DNA of 64,000 bases from Naegleria gruberi (lineage: Eukaryota): NCBI GenBank assembly GCA_000004985.1, contig GG738862.1. One strand, given 5' to 3'. Position numbers and translations under genes: made by a program. Of this stretch, positions 54,627 through 64,000 are shown piece by piece. The notes under the pieces are model-generated. The model worked only from the letters and a program-made list of their open reading frames with translations, did not search any database and was not told the origin of the DNA. Every line of letters starts with the position of its first letter. The stretch's first letter is position 1.

Positions 54627-56252
54627 TTATTTATTGTAAGTGTAAAAGTCTGAAAGTGTGGTGATTGGCCATCTTGGAATGTACCTTTCCTTATCACAAA
54701 CTTCTACTGGTTTGTGACATTCATTGAATAACCTTTGGAATGCTGCATAACCAATCATGACTGCATTATCAGTGCAATATTTCATTGGAGCAACTTTGAG
54801 ATCATATTCATACTTGTCAGATAGTTTGGTCAGCTCATGTCTAAAATATTGATTGGCAGAAACACCCCCAGAGACAATCAAACTGTTTGGATATTCATCC
54901 ACGTTAGCTCTATATCGGTGCATTGCCATCTCTAGCTTATCAATCAGATGAGTAAAAGCACACTTTTGGAAACTTGCCGAAATGTTGCAAACTACCTCCT
55001 CAGATAGTTTTTCATTCTTAAGTTCAATGGTAGACAATGATTGACTACCCTCTCGCGAGTAAGGATCTGTCGATGCTTGTAAATTAGCATTAATATCTTG
55101 TACATTTTTCACTGATCCATTATTTCTCAATCTATTCAATAAATGATGAAGATCTCTCTTTGAAATTCCTTGATTCTGCTCCTTTCTTACAGTTCTCAAA
55201 ACATCAGTCTTGATTCCACTAAATGAGAATGTAATATCATTTCTTCTGTTTCCCTTTCTCAATGGAATTGGAAAATTATAACTAGACGAATCTCCCAACA
55301 ATGCCAATTTCTCAACCAATGCTCCTCCACTATAATTCTCTCGTGTTCCAAACTTTTCATTGACATAATCATTCAAATTAAAGTCAATACTTTCCTGTAA
55401 CAATCTAGCTGTTTTATCAAATGCTTCTCCTATCGAATCATCCTCAGTTCCTCCCACTATTTCATATTGTCCAATTCCTCTACTGAAAACTACCAAACAA
55501 TGTCCACCACTAGCCAGTAACACTAAATAAGGGAAATTAGTATTTTCAGAAAACATTAGTGGAACCAATAAATGAGCTTCCAAGTGATGAACTGGTATAA
55601 CAGGAACATTCAGTTTCTCACAATATTTCATTGCAGTATCCAATCCAGCAGATAAACAAGGAGGTAAACCAGGTCCAACAGTTACAGCTACATAATCCAC
55701 AACTCTTTCTCTATTAGAATCCAAATTTGAAACCTTTTCCAATGCATTTTCAATCATCCCATCGAGTGTGGCTCTGTGCATATGAGCCATTTCAGTTGGA
55801 TGAACTCCTCCATATTGATTGACCAATTCATGATGAGTAATTACTTGTTCGTGCAGTATTTTTGGTCTCTCCATCACATTTTCTATTTGATTATTTGATT
55901 TATCAGATGATTCTTGTTCTATGGAATTATCATTTTGCACATTTTCAATGGTGGAGGATGGTTTGTGAATTTTCCTAAAGGTAGACTCGAGAATGGCTAC
56001 TCCTGTGTCATCACAACTTGTTTCTATCGAGAGAATTCTAATTGGCTTATCAAATAAATTATTCCGAAGGTGTGAATTGATATTGTGAAAAGAAGCAAGA
56101 CAAAACTTCGGAGTGGAATGAACAATTTGATAGAATTGTGATGATTGTTTCTTCTTGATTGCTACAGCAGATTGTAGGAATGTTCGGTTATTAGCAATTT
56201 TAGAAGTGCACGATGAGAGTATGAGGGATTTCACACATCTATTTTGAATCAT
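54627..56252 (-). CDS. OSGEPL1: Mitochondrial tRNA N6-threonylcarbamoyladenosine synthase (Qri7/OSGEPL1; Kae1/TsaD family).
   Basis: ILSIETSCDDTGVAILE, HPTEMAHMHRA and YVAVTVGPGLPPCLSAGL. A long N-terminal extension is consistent with mitochondrial targeting. Confidence 0.8.
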   Translation of the reverse strand: MIQNRCVKSLILSSCTSKIANNRTFLQSAVAIKKKQSSQFYQIVHSTPKFCLASFHNINSHLRNNLFDKPIRILSIETSCDDTGVAILESTFRKIHKPSSTIENVQNDNSIEQESSDKSNNQIENVMERPKILHEQVITHHELVNQYGGVHPTEMAHMHRATLDGMIENALEKVSNLDSNRERVVDYVAVTVGPGLPPCLSAGLDTAMKYCEKLNVPVIPVHHLEAHLLVPLMFSENTNFPYLVLLASGGHCLVVFSRGIGQYEIVGGTEDDSIGEAFDKTARLLQESIDFNLNDYVNEKFGTRENYSGGALVEKLALLGDSSSYNFPIPLRKGNRRNDITFSFSGIKTDVLRTVRKEQNQGISKRDLHHLLNRLRNNGSVKNVQDINANLQASTDPYSREGSQSLSTIELKNEKLSEEVVCNISASFQKCAFTHLIDKLEMAMHRYRANVDEYPNSLIVSGGVSANQYFRHELTKLSDKYEYDLKVAPMKYCTDNAVMIGYAAFQRLFNECHKPVEVCDKERYIPRWPITTLSDFYTYNK

Positions 56253-56297
56253 TTTTTTATTTGAAATGGGTTTGCAAATTGATTGAAGTCATAATCA

Positions 56298-58286
56298 TTA
56301 TTGTTGAATAATGATTTTGGCATCATCCTTGATTTGTTTAGAGTCATCTGAGGATTCTGGCTCTGGTTCTTCGTCATTGTCTTGTTCATCAGCTTCTTCT
56401 TCTTCTTCTAATTTCTTGGCAGCTCTCATTCTGTTATATTCTTCTTCATCGAGAAGTTCTTCATCTCCTACAGCTGGAGCATATTCTTCTTCACTGTCAC
56501 TATCTTCTTCAGTTGGTTGTTGTTGAGCTGGTTCAGTGGTAGTAGCCTTCTTCTTTGCCTTAAAGAGGAGAACCTTTGATCTCATTTCATCATCTTCTTC
56601 CAATTCTCTCTTGAAATCTTCGAGATCCTTTTCCTTTCTCTTAGAGTCTTGCTTTACATTACCTCCAACATGTTTATCATTCTTCTTATTCTTCTTCTTG
56701 GAGACTGGATCATCTTCCTTACCTTCTTCAGTGGCAAGTGGATTGTTAAAGTTCTTTTCACCGGTAAATGATTTCAACTCCCAATTTCTTTCCTTTCTCT
56801 TCTTATAAATCTTCTTAACAATGATAACTTCTGGAAGCTTTTCAGTTTGAGAATTCTTATAGTCAGCCAAGAGACCTTCATCATATTGGGCCTTTCTCAA
56901 ATCGTAACACATAATAGTATCACCAGGATGCAACAAAGCTCCTAAATGTGACTTGACAAAGATTGGATCAGAACCAAGTTCATCGCTTCTAACAATTTGA
57001 ACTTCACACAAAATATATTTACCATTAGCAGCAGGTAAATTGTTTGGATTCTTGTTATTCTTGGCAAAATATGAGTAGTCCAATAATTCAACATCGACAA
57101 CAGTAAATTCAGATAATTGTCTACTTGTCAATGCAGAGAAGAATGGTTGTCTCCAATAGAGAGCACCATCCAATTCGTTGGTTTGTAAAGTAGTTGGATC
57201 AACAAAGAAGATATTCTTATTAACCTTTGTACATAAAACCAATGGACCAATACCTCCCATTGATGTACTCAATCTCTTTGGCAAACAAATTAAATCTTCT
57301 CTACAAATTGGAGCAATTTCCAATGAGAATGAATATTTAAAGTTGAAAATGTTTGATTTGGCATCGTGAGTAACTAAACGTTCACCAGTTTTGCTCTTAA
57401 TTGATGCAACACTTTGCAAAAAGTCAACCAATTTCTTAGCATGTGACCTTTCAGAGAAGAAGAAATCCAAACCATCAGCTTCTTCCTTGATATTGATAGC
57501 TTTTTCGTGTACATTGTGCTTCAAAATCAATTGTTCCAAAAAGAGGAAAGTTCTCTTGTGGTCTAATTTTTGTCTAACTTGAACAACAGCATTCCAAGTG
57601 TAGAGAGTGTGAGATTTTTGACAAACTTCACATTGTTGATTTCTGACAATGAACTCGACAACAAAAGATTGTTGGAGAATAGTACCATTTCCTAAAACTT
57701 CTTTCTGAATAGTAATTTTAACTTTCAAACGTCTACTGTGAGGTTCAGTCCATAAGAATTTAGCATCAATCAATTTAACTCTATTCAATCCGTGAATACG
57801 TTTCAAACACAAAGTAAGCAATTCTTTACTTTCCATATCACATTTAATCCAATATTTAGGAGGTTGAAGATAACGTTCACATTCTCTACAGAAGAAGATT
57901 GTTTCACTCTTAGTAATACCATCAGTAATATCCACTTGAGATTTGATACAATTCAAACACATATTTGCAGGATTGGCTGGTGTAACTACACCACACAAAC
58001 AACATAAAACATTAGGTAAATCTTTCTTTTTAGTAGTACGACGAGAAGCATTAGTAGTTGTTGTTCTTGTTGTAATTTTACTTCTCTTTGATGAAGTAGT
58101 TGAAACTGCATCGTCGTTTAATTTTTGAAGACCTGATTGTTTCAAAGATGTAGTTGTTGTTGTTGGAGCCTCATGATGATGATGATGGTGATGAGTACAA
58201 CCAACACCCGAACAATTAGTTTGTTGCTCTTCAATAATCTCAACTTCGTCAGCAGTTGTTGTGGTGGACATTTTTTTTAATTTCAA
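56298..58286 (-). CDS. NMD3: 60S ribosomal export adaptor NMD3.
   Basis: N-terminal Cys4 clusters CCLCGVVTPANPANMCLNCI...FFCRECERYLQPPKYWI and the overall NMD3 architecture with an acidic C-terminal tail. Confidence 0.85.
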   Translation of the reverse strand: MKLKKMSTTTTADEVEIIEEQQTNCSGVGCTHHHHHHHEAPTTTTTSLKQSGLQKLNDDAVSTTSSKRSKITTRTTTTNASRRTTKKKDLPNVLCCLCGVVTPANPANMCLNCIKSQVDITDGITKSETIFFCRECERYLQPPKYWIKCDMESKELLTLCLKRIHGLNRVKLIDAKFLWTEPHSRRLKVKITIQKEVLGNGTILQQSFVVEFIVRNQQCEVCQKSHTLYTWNAVVQVRQKLDHKRTFLFLEQLILKHNVHEKAINIKEEADGLDFFFSERSHAKKLVDFLQSVASIKSKTGERLVTHDAKSNIFNFKYSFSLEIAPICREDLICLPKRLSTSMGGIGPLVLCTKVNKNIFFVDPTTLQTNELDGALYWRQPFFSALTSRQLSEFTVVDVELLDYSYFAKNNKNPNNLPAANGKYILCEVQIVRSDELGSDPIFVKSHLGALLHPGDTIMCYDLRKAQYDEGLLADYKNSQTEKLPEVIIVKKIYKKRKERNWELKSFTGEKNFNNPLATEEGKEDDPVSKKKNKKNDKHVGGNVKQDSKRKEKDLEDFKRELEEDDEMRSKVLLFKAKKKATTTEPAQQQPTEEDSDSEEEYAPAVGDEELLDEEEYNRMRAAKKLEEEEEADEQDNDEEPEPESSDDSKQIKDDAKIIIQQ

Positions 58287-58617
58287 TTTTAAAATTTATT
58301 TTTGCTGCTCGCAAAGTTTGATGAAGAATTTCTTGAAGGAATATTCGAGAGAGAGAAAATGTCAAATTTAGAACAGAAGAATGGACTAATTGTTGTGAGT
58401 CAATCCGGTTGGAAATTGAATGTGTTGTGAGGAGTGGACATGGACTGGAAAATGTGGAGAGATGAATGAACCAATTCATAAATTGATTGAAGGATATTGA
58501 TGATGTGAGAAAATTGAAAAAAATTTATCAGAATTTTCATCACAATATTTCAAAAATTGCACAATACACTTCGGAACCGAAACGAATAGCAACAAATCAA
58601 TAGATTAAAATTGTAAA

Positions 58618-59592
58618 ATGGTTGTTTTTAGAAGAACAGGAAAGCCAATCTTGGATAATGTGAAAAGTCCTGTGAGAAATGCTTCATCACTCTTGGAATA
58701 TTCTTCCTTTTTGAAAGAACATTCACCAGTGAATAAGTGGATTCGGATGGGAATGGCTGATGTCCCAATTTTTGATGAAAATCGTTTTGTAAATTCAATT
58801 TCTCAATTCAGAAATTATTTATATGAGGAAAATATGTCATGTGTAATTCCAATGTATAAACCAGTGGGAATTAATAGTCAATCTTTCATAATGAATTTTA
58901 AAACAAAGTTTGGATTGGGAAAGGATTTGAGAGTTGGACATGGTGGCTGTCTAGATCCCTCAGCTCATGGTGTGCTAATGATTGGTGTGAATGGACAAGG
59001 AACAAAGGCACTTAAATATTTAGATCGAGATGAGAAGGTTTATGATTTTGTGATTCAATGTGGTAGTTCAACACCTTCATATGATGCTGATACTGTGAAA
59101 TTTGCAACTTATTGTCCACATTATAGATATTTCTTTGATAAGAATTGTCAAACCATTGAGCAGGTTAATGAACTAGTGAATCAGTATTTGAAAGAGAGAA
59201 ATAATGTAATTGTTCAGAAAACTCCAGTGTTTAGTGCTGTAAAAATTGGAGGAAAGAGACTCTTTTCACATGGTTACAATAATTTGAGAAAGATGGAACA
59301 ACAAGATGAAGAAGAAAGGAAATACAGAGGATTATATTGTGAGGAAGAAACCTTGAATTTACCTTCCAGATCTATTCGAGTTGATAGAATTGAGTGTACT
59401 CATATCAATAAGGAACTAGGTCAATTATCATTTTCATGCACTTGCAGCACTGGAACATATGTGAGAATTTTGGGTTATGAAATTGCTCACTTGTTGGAGG
59501 TTTGTGGTGCTTATGTAACGGACTTGTATAGAACTAGAATTGGAAAGAATACAAACATGCTGAAATTGGATGAAATTGGAAATTTAGAATAA
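58618..59592 (+). CDS. TruB-family tRNA pseudouridine synthase (divergent, TRUB2-like).
   Basis: RVGHGGCLDPSAHGVLMIGVNGQGTK (catalytic Asp motif, GH.G.LDP) and KVYDFVIQCGSSTPSYDADT. Confidence 0.65.
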   Translation: MVVFRRTGKPILDNVKSPVRNASSLLEYSSFLKEHSPVNKWIRMGMADVPIFDENRFVNSISQFRNYLYEENMSCVIPMYKPVGINSQSFIMNFKTKFGLGKDLRVGHGGCLDPSAHGVLMIGVNGQGTKALKYLDRDEKVYDFVIQCGSSTPSYDADTVKFATYCPHYRYFFDKNCQTIEQVNELVNQYLKERNNVIVQKTPVFSAVKIGGKRLFSHGYNNLRKMEQQDEEERKYRGLYCEEETLNLPSRSIRVDRIECTHINKELGQLSFSCTCSTGTYVRILGYEIAHLLEVCGAYVTDLYRTRIGKNTNMLKLDEIGNLE

Positions 59593-59679
59593 TTTTCAAC
59601 TATTTTGGCGCAAGCATCTGTGCTTTTCTCTCTAAATTGGACCCAGATTTTGGACTGGAATGCAATATTGTGAACTAGA

Positions 59680-59775
59680 CTGATGATATTTCTTGAGGAA
59701 GCTTGAGAAACTTCAGACAATGGATCAATCCAGGCTCTTCCCTTACTGCAAGACAAAATGTCAGTGGCGAGTCTC
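59680..59775 (-). pseudogene. Relic fragment of RPL19, copying codons ~3-36 of its 5' coding end.
   Basis: ~96% identical to 51650..51751 of the intact RPL19 (4 substitutions plus one 6-bp deletion of ttcgtt), in the same orientation. It lies in the 236-bp convergent spacer between the TruB-like and F-box/LRR genes. The frame is disrupted downstream (ORF 59511..59756 is spurious). Confidence 0.6.
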
Positions 59776-59828
59776 AGTTTTTATCAAAACCTTAATTACT
59801 AATAAAAAATTAAGCTTTTTAAATTGTT

Positions 59829-61853
59829 TTAACAATAGTTTATAAATGGATTGATTGCAGTTTCATATCTGAATATTTGAGTTTTCGGAACTAGAACCAA
59901 ATCCTTAAAATCTTTTGTAATATTTTCCAAGAAATCAGATTTCGTAAGGGATGGAGATCCAGTCACATCTAGGAAAAGCAAATTTCTAAACTTGTTCATG
60001 AGAATTTCTTTAGAGCAAGCCATCTTTTGATCAGTAATCCATCTCAAATATAAACATCTCAAACTAGGTACTGCTTCAATGCATGTAAGTAAAGTACCAA
60101 GTTTCATTGTGGTTTCACTCAAATCGAGAGAATTCAATTTTTGAAGGCAGCTCAGATCTATTTCTGTCAAATATTCACAACAATCAATGTCCAATCTCTT
60201 CAAATCCAAGCAACATTTGACCAAATCATTGAGTTGATTATTTGAAATGGAACTACCACTCAAAAGTAATGTTTTGAGTTTGCTTCCATGTGTTAAGAAT
60301 CCGCCCCCAATTCCTGTCATTTTCAAATTCAAAAATTCTAATTTAGGAGTAAAACTAATAATTTCTCTCAAACGTTCTGCGTTCAATTTTCTATTGTAAG
60401 AAAAGTCCAATTTGATAAGATTTCCCAAGGCAGTTGCGGATGCAATACCTTCACTGGAACTAAGCATGGATAACCCCAATTCTCTAATCTCTCTACTCTT
60501 CATGACAGCAAAAGCTTTAGAAGAGTCAAGTAAATTAGTTGAATTGAGAATCAAAGTATTGACGGATGGACATTCAATTTTACACTCTGGTAACATCTCC
60601 AAGGAGGATATTTCAAGATGCTTCAACTGTTGGCTTAGAATAGAAGTGTCTTGAATACCCTTAACATTTCTCATAGTCAACCGAGTTAGAGTCGGAATTG
60701 TTTCTAAAACATGAGTGATAAATCCTGCATGGCTGTCCCCAAAACTGATATTTAGCATTTCAAAAGATTTCAATTGTGGTGAATGTTTCAGTAGAGTATC
60801 AATATTTGACAGAAGAATATTTCCAGAATCGATTGTCAAATGTTCAATACTCAAATTTCCCTTCATATTAAATGGAAAATGCTTTCTGCCCACAAAATAT
60901 TTCAAATTATTGCATTTTGGTAAGAATTCAGTCAATGTTGGACATTCTACGTTATTCAATACCAAGTAAACCAAACTTTCATAAAGATAATTTTGAGATG
61001 ATTCGCTAATGGCCATTGTTGGAAAATTAGAATTTGAAAAATTCAATTCAATATGAGATAATTGCTTGGATGATGTTTGAAGTGAGAATTTTTCCAAATA
61101 ACAATCCACAATTCTTAATTCTTTCAAGTTCACTAAATGTTTCATCATATTTTCATAATTCTCCAATCCCAAATTCACCTTGAACAAGTGCAATTTGAAT
61201 AAATTATTAACAGATTTCATTGATTTCATCTTGAGAGGTCCATCTTCAATATCTGACCTCACAAATTCCACCACAATATCCCTTTGATCATCCTTTGTAA
61301 TATTCTTAGCAACAGCTCCAGCAGGTGGTACAACTTCCTTCTTTTTTCTAAACATTGCAAAGAATCCCTTTTTTGATTCAGATGCTGACTCAACAGTTGT
61401 TGTTTTCGTTCTAATCCTCCTTGAATATCTTCCATTGTATAGACAAACATCGGAGAGAGTCAGTTTGTTAAGTTCCTGCAATTGTCTAACTAAATATCCA
61501 AACAATTCAAAGGAGAACAAATCACCATGACCAGCCAATGTCAAATCATTTAAATTCTGAAAAAGACATGTCGATTGCACAAATCTCTCCACATGATCAT
61601 ACGATTGCAAATGTGGACAAGGAAATGAAGCCTTCGGATCCTCACTGAATGGATTCAACTCCTTCTGAAGGAATGTTTTAAAATTATATTCCTTGATCTC
61701 GAGATTTAACACACACTCAACTACAATTTGTCTCCATTCCGAGCATACCAAGACAATACTGCCTAACAAGTGTTTCGAATGGAGAAATTTAAAAATTTCA
61801 AAGAGGACTGGTCCATGAAGATTGCCCAATTTTTTACTATCAAATGATGACAT
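59829..61853 (-). CDS. F-box / leucine-rich-repeat protein (674 aa).
   Basis: N-terminal F-box LHGPVLFEIFKFLHSKHLLGSIVLVCSEWRQIV, then repeated L..L..L...N LRR units through the C-terminus. Confidence 0.65.
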   Translation of the reverse strand: MSSFDSKKLGNLHGPVLFEIFKFLHSKHLLGSIVLVCSEWRQIVVECVLNLEIKEYNFKTFLQKELNPFSEDPKASFPCPHLQSYDHVERFVQSTCLFQNLNDLTLAGHGDLFSFELFGYLVRQLQELNKLTLSDVCLYNGRYSRRIRTKTTTVESASESKKGFFAMFRKKKEVVPPAGAVAKNITKDDQRDIVVEFVRSDIEDGPLKMKSMKSVNNLFKLHLFKVNLGLENYENMMKHLVNLKELRIVDCYLEKFSLQTSSKQLSHIELNFSNSNFPTMAISESSQNYLYESLVYLVLNNVECPTLTEFLPKCNNLKYFVGRKHFPFNMKGNLSIEHLTIDSGNILLSNIDTLLKHSPQLKSFEMLNISFGDSHAGFITHVLETIPTLTRLTMRNVKGIQDTSILSQQLKHLEISSLEMLPECKIECPSVNTLILNSTNLLDSSKAFAVMKSREIRELGLSMLSSSEGIASATALGNLIKLDFSYNRKLNAERLREIISFTPKLEFLNLKMTGIGGGFLTHGSKLKTLLLSGSSISNNQLNDLVKCCLDLKRLDIDCCEYLTEIDLSCLQKLNSLDLSETTMKLGTLLTCIEAVPSLRCLYLRWITDQKMACSKEILMNKFRNLLFLDVTGSPSLTKSDFLENITKDFKDLVLVPKTQIFRYETAINPFINYC

Positions 61854-62043
61854 TTTTTTTTGTAAATTTTAAAGAAACACATGACGACGATTGTGAGTGA
61901 ATAGGGAACTAGCTCATCAGCAGTATAACAGAAAAGAAAACATCGAATTGATGCAAAGTTGTTGTTTCAACATAATTAAAAGAATTTTACAAAGTTCATC
62001 AAATTTTAAATATCAAAAAAAAATAGCAAAATTTCATTCGTCT

Positions 62044-63132
62044 ATGTCCTTTGAAGGTTTGGCTTCGGTAATTATAGATAATGGATCCCATACGATGAAA
62101 GCTGGATTTTCTGGTGACTACCAACCAAAGGAATGTTTTCCGACAATTGTTTGGAGACAAACAGGAATGATTGGTTTGGGGGATACTCCGATTGCTGTTG
62201 GAGAAAGGGCTTCTGGATATCGGAGGGACAGTTTAAGGTTTCCTATTCGTAGAGGAAAGATTGTGGATTGGGATGATATGGAAGTGATATGGAGAAGGAT
62301 ATTTACTCATTATTTAGCAGCTGATATGGAAACAACTCCAGCTTTGTTAACCGAATCTCCTTCCAAGAATTCGAAAGAGGATAGAGAAAAAATGATTCAA
62401 GTATTGTTTGATGCTATGGAGCTACCTTCTGTATATATTGCCAATCAAGCTGTCACTACATTATTTGGTTGTGATAAAGTGAATGGCTTGGTTTTGGAAT
62501 CAGGTCATGGATCAAGTCATACTGTCCCTGTCTATGAAGGATATGCACTCAGTCATGCAACGGAAAGTTTGGATTTGGGAGGATTGGATGTTACTGAATA
62601 TTTGAAAAGGAAAGTTGATGAGAGGAATGAATCAAAACTGAGTTTTGGAATTGTTGAAGACATTAAGGAAAAACATTGTTATATTTTAATGGATTGTGAA
62701 AAATCTAGAGAAAATGAGAAAGTATCATATGAACTCCCAGATGAAACAGTCATTTTGTTAGGAGATGAATTGTATGAAGCCTCAGAATGTCTATTCAATC
62801 CATCCTTGATAGATTTCAATTGTAAAGGCATCCATGAAAATATCATTCCCTTGATAGAAAAGTGTGATCAAGATATTAGAAATGAATTGTACAGAAATAT
62901 AGTCCTTGGGGGCGGAAACACCTTACTGAAAGGATTTAGGAATAGAATTGAGAAGGAATGTAACAAAATCTCTCCAATAGAAGTATCAATTTGTGAAACG
63001 AACCATGCACAATTTTCTTCATGGAAAGGAGCTTCCATTCTAGCTCAAACTTCTCAATTTATTGATTTGAGCATTAGTAGGAAAGATTACCAAGAATATG
63101 GCTCTAAAATTGTACACAGAAAATTTTTCTAA
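62044..63132 (+). CDS. Actin-family protein (divergent actin / Arp1-like), ~362 aa from MSFEG.
   Basis: VIIDNGSHTMKAGFSGDYQPKECFPTIV, LLTESPSKNSKEDREKMIQVLFDAMELPSVYIANQAVTTLF, GHGSSHTVPVYEGYAL, IVHRKFF. About 45% identity to actin by eye. The PKxCFP block resembles Arp1. Confidence 0.75.
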   Translation: MSFEGLASVIIDNGSHTMKAGFSGDYQPKECFPTIVWRQTGMIGLGDTPIAVGERASGYRRDSLRFPIRRGKIVDWDDMEVIWRRIFTHYLAADMETTPALLTESPSKNSKEDREKMIQVLFDAMELPSVYIANQAVTTLFGCDKVNGLVLESGHGSSHTVPVYEGYALSHATESLDLGGLDVTEYLKRKVDERNESKLSFGIVEDIKEKHCYILMDCEKSRENEKVSYELPDETVILLGDELYEASECLFNPSLIDFNCKGIHENIIPLIEKCDQDIRNELYRNIVLGGGNTLLKGFRNRIEKECNKISPIEVSICETNHAQFSSWKGASILAQTSQFIDLSISRKDYQEYGSKIVHRKFF

Positions 63133-63214
63133 ACATTGGAGAAATTATAATTGAAATTATAAGAAGAAACTACACAAATAATTAGAATGTTTTGTTTATT
63201 AATTTACAATATTA

Positions 63215-63979
63215 CTACATTTCACAGTCATCAATTTCAATATCCACTGCTTCTTCTTCATCTAACATTAAAGCAAAGATGGCCTTCTCCATTTCTTCCT
63301 GTGAATCTTCGTAAACTTGAACTTCTTCACTTTGGTAGCCATACAGCTCAACAATTTGTTCGTTGAACCATTGTTCATTGAATAGAACTTTTGATGGATA
63401 GCCATTCTCCTCAATGACTTGAATCATTTGGTGGAAGAGAGTTTCAAGCTCACTATAATATTTAGAGAAGTTAAATTCGCTAAAGTATTCTCCTTCAATG
63501 GTTGATAAGCAAACGTCGAATCTTTCAGTAATTGCTTGATATAATTGGTCATTGGCAAATATATCATGATAGTTTTCAATGGCTTGATGAATTGTTTGGA
63601 GCATGAGTTCTTTGTTACGCTTCAATCCTTCTAACATATTTAAGGAAATATCAATTACTGCAAATTTTGAATAGTTGTTAGAAATAATGCCTTGAGCAAA
63701 TTCCATCTTCATGTTTCTAATTCGATTCTTAATGAGAGAATTATCCATAACTTTGAAATGCTTTTCAGTACTTTCAATTTTTTTGAAAAGTACATCTTCA
63801 TAACAGTCAACTATGATATTTCTATTGCTGGAAGGAAGAGTTTCGAATTGGAGTTCATCCTTTCTAATTTCATCAAATGATACAGTTACCTTTGAGAAGA
63901 AACCTTGCAATGCAAATTTTAGTGTACCATATTTGGATGGTTGTGTGGAATTGGAATGTTTGATAATAATTCTCTTCAA
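63215..63979 (-). CDS. Hypothetical acidic protein. The ORF may extend beyond the window end, so the true 5' end is unknown.
   Basis: Long ORF on the minus strand reaching toward 64000. No family recognised. Confidence 0.35.
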   Translation of the reverse strand: MKRIIIKHSNSTQPSKYGTLKFALQGFFSKVTVSFDEIRKDELQFETLPSSNRNIIVDCYEDVLFKKIESTEKHFKVMDNSLIKNRIRNMKMEFAQGIISNNYSKFAVIDISLNMLEGLKRNKELMLQTIHQAIENYHDIFANDQLYQAITERFDVCLSTIEGEYFSEFNFSKYYSELETLFHQMIQVIEENGYPSKVLFNEQWFNEQIVELYGYQSEEVQVYEDSQEEMEKAIFALMLDEEEAVDIEIDDCEM

Positions 63980-64000
63980 TGAACTCTGAATTTCTTCTTC

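Noticed and set aside
52429-59592. A 'mitochondrial gene cluster' (Miro, Qri7/OSGEPL1, TruB-like, plus metaxin at 27336) as a functional unit.
   Set aside because: The genes are interspersed with unrelated genes (NMD3, RPL19, glycosyltransferase). They are in mixed orientations and eukaryotic nuclear genomes are not organised in operons, so the grouping is most parsimoniously chance.
1-64000. Prokaryotic-style defence systems, operons, CRISPR arrays, integrons or phage-like modules.
   Set aside because: The window is clearly eukaryotic nuclear DNA: it has spliceosomal introns, a Pol III tRNA with an oligo-T terminator, N/Q-rich proteins, RPL19/NMD3/actin/Miro, and genes alternating in orientation with individual promoters. 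No repeat-spacer array, no Cas/restriction/toxin-like ORFs and no recombinase genes are present.

Overview
This window is a gene-dense, AT-rich eukaryotic nuclear segment, not a prokaryotic locus. Three things point to a dictyostelid-like amoebozoan; this is an inference from the sequence only. Proteins carry poly-N/Q/S tracts, introns are tiny (39-163 nt, GTATGT/GTAAGT donors, TAG/CAG acceptors), and intergenic spacers are very short. About 36 protein-coding genes, one tRNA-Gly(GCC) and one ribosomal-protein gene fragment can be supported. No CRISPR array, transposon, rRNA or prokaryotic defence/operon architecture is visible.

Genes recognised include: DDX11/CHL1 helicase, MEMO1, a Dzip-like protein, an HSPA12-like Hsp70 ATPase, a transglutaminase-like protein, a divergent protein kinase, an XRCC3-like RAD51 paralog, metaxin, METTL18/Hpm1, an alpha/beta hydrolase, a PH-PAS-RGS protein, two F-box + multipass-TM proteins, an ELMO-domain protein, an SLC35/TPT transporter, a GT61/EOGT-like glycosyltransferase, a Mus81/Eme1-family protein, RAMP4/SERP, RPL19, Miro, Qri7/OSGEPL1, NMD3, a TruB-like pseudouridine synthase, an F-box/LRR protein and an actin-family protein.

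Observations worth a second look:
- A canonical 47-nt intron appears to fuse the Hsp70-like ATPase in frame to the transglutaminase-like domain.
- The apparent frameshift in DDX11 is best explained by a 76-nt intron made of trinucleotide repeats.
- A ~96-bp relic copy of the RPL19 5' coding end lies 8 kb from the intact gene.
- A perfect CRE palindrome (GCATGACGTCATGC) sits about 100 bp upstream of the RAMP4/SERP start.
- Two convergent genes have overlapping stop codons.
- Head-to-head promoters are extremely short (66-330 bp), against three unusually long (>1 kb) spacers.

No novel multi-gene 'system' can be supported here. The neighbourhood of three DNA-repair genes and several mitochondrial genes is most likely coincidental in a eukaryote.
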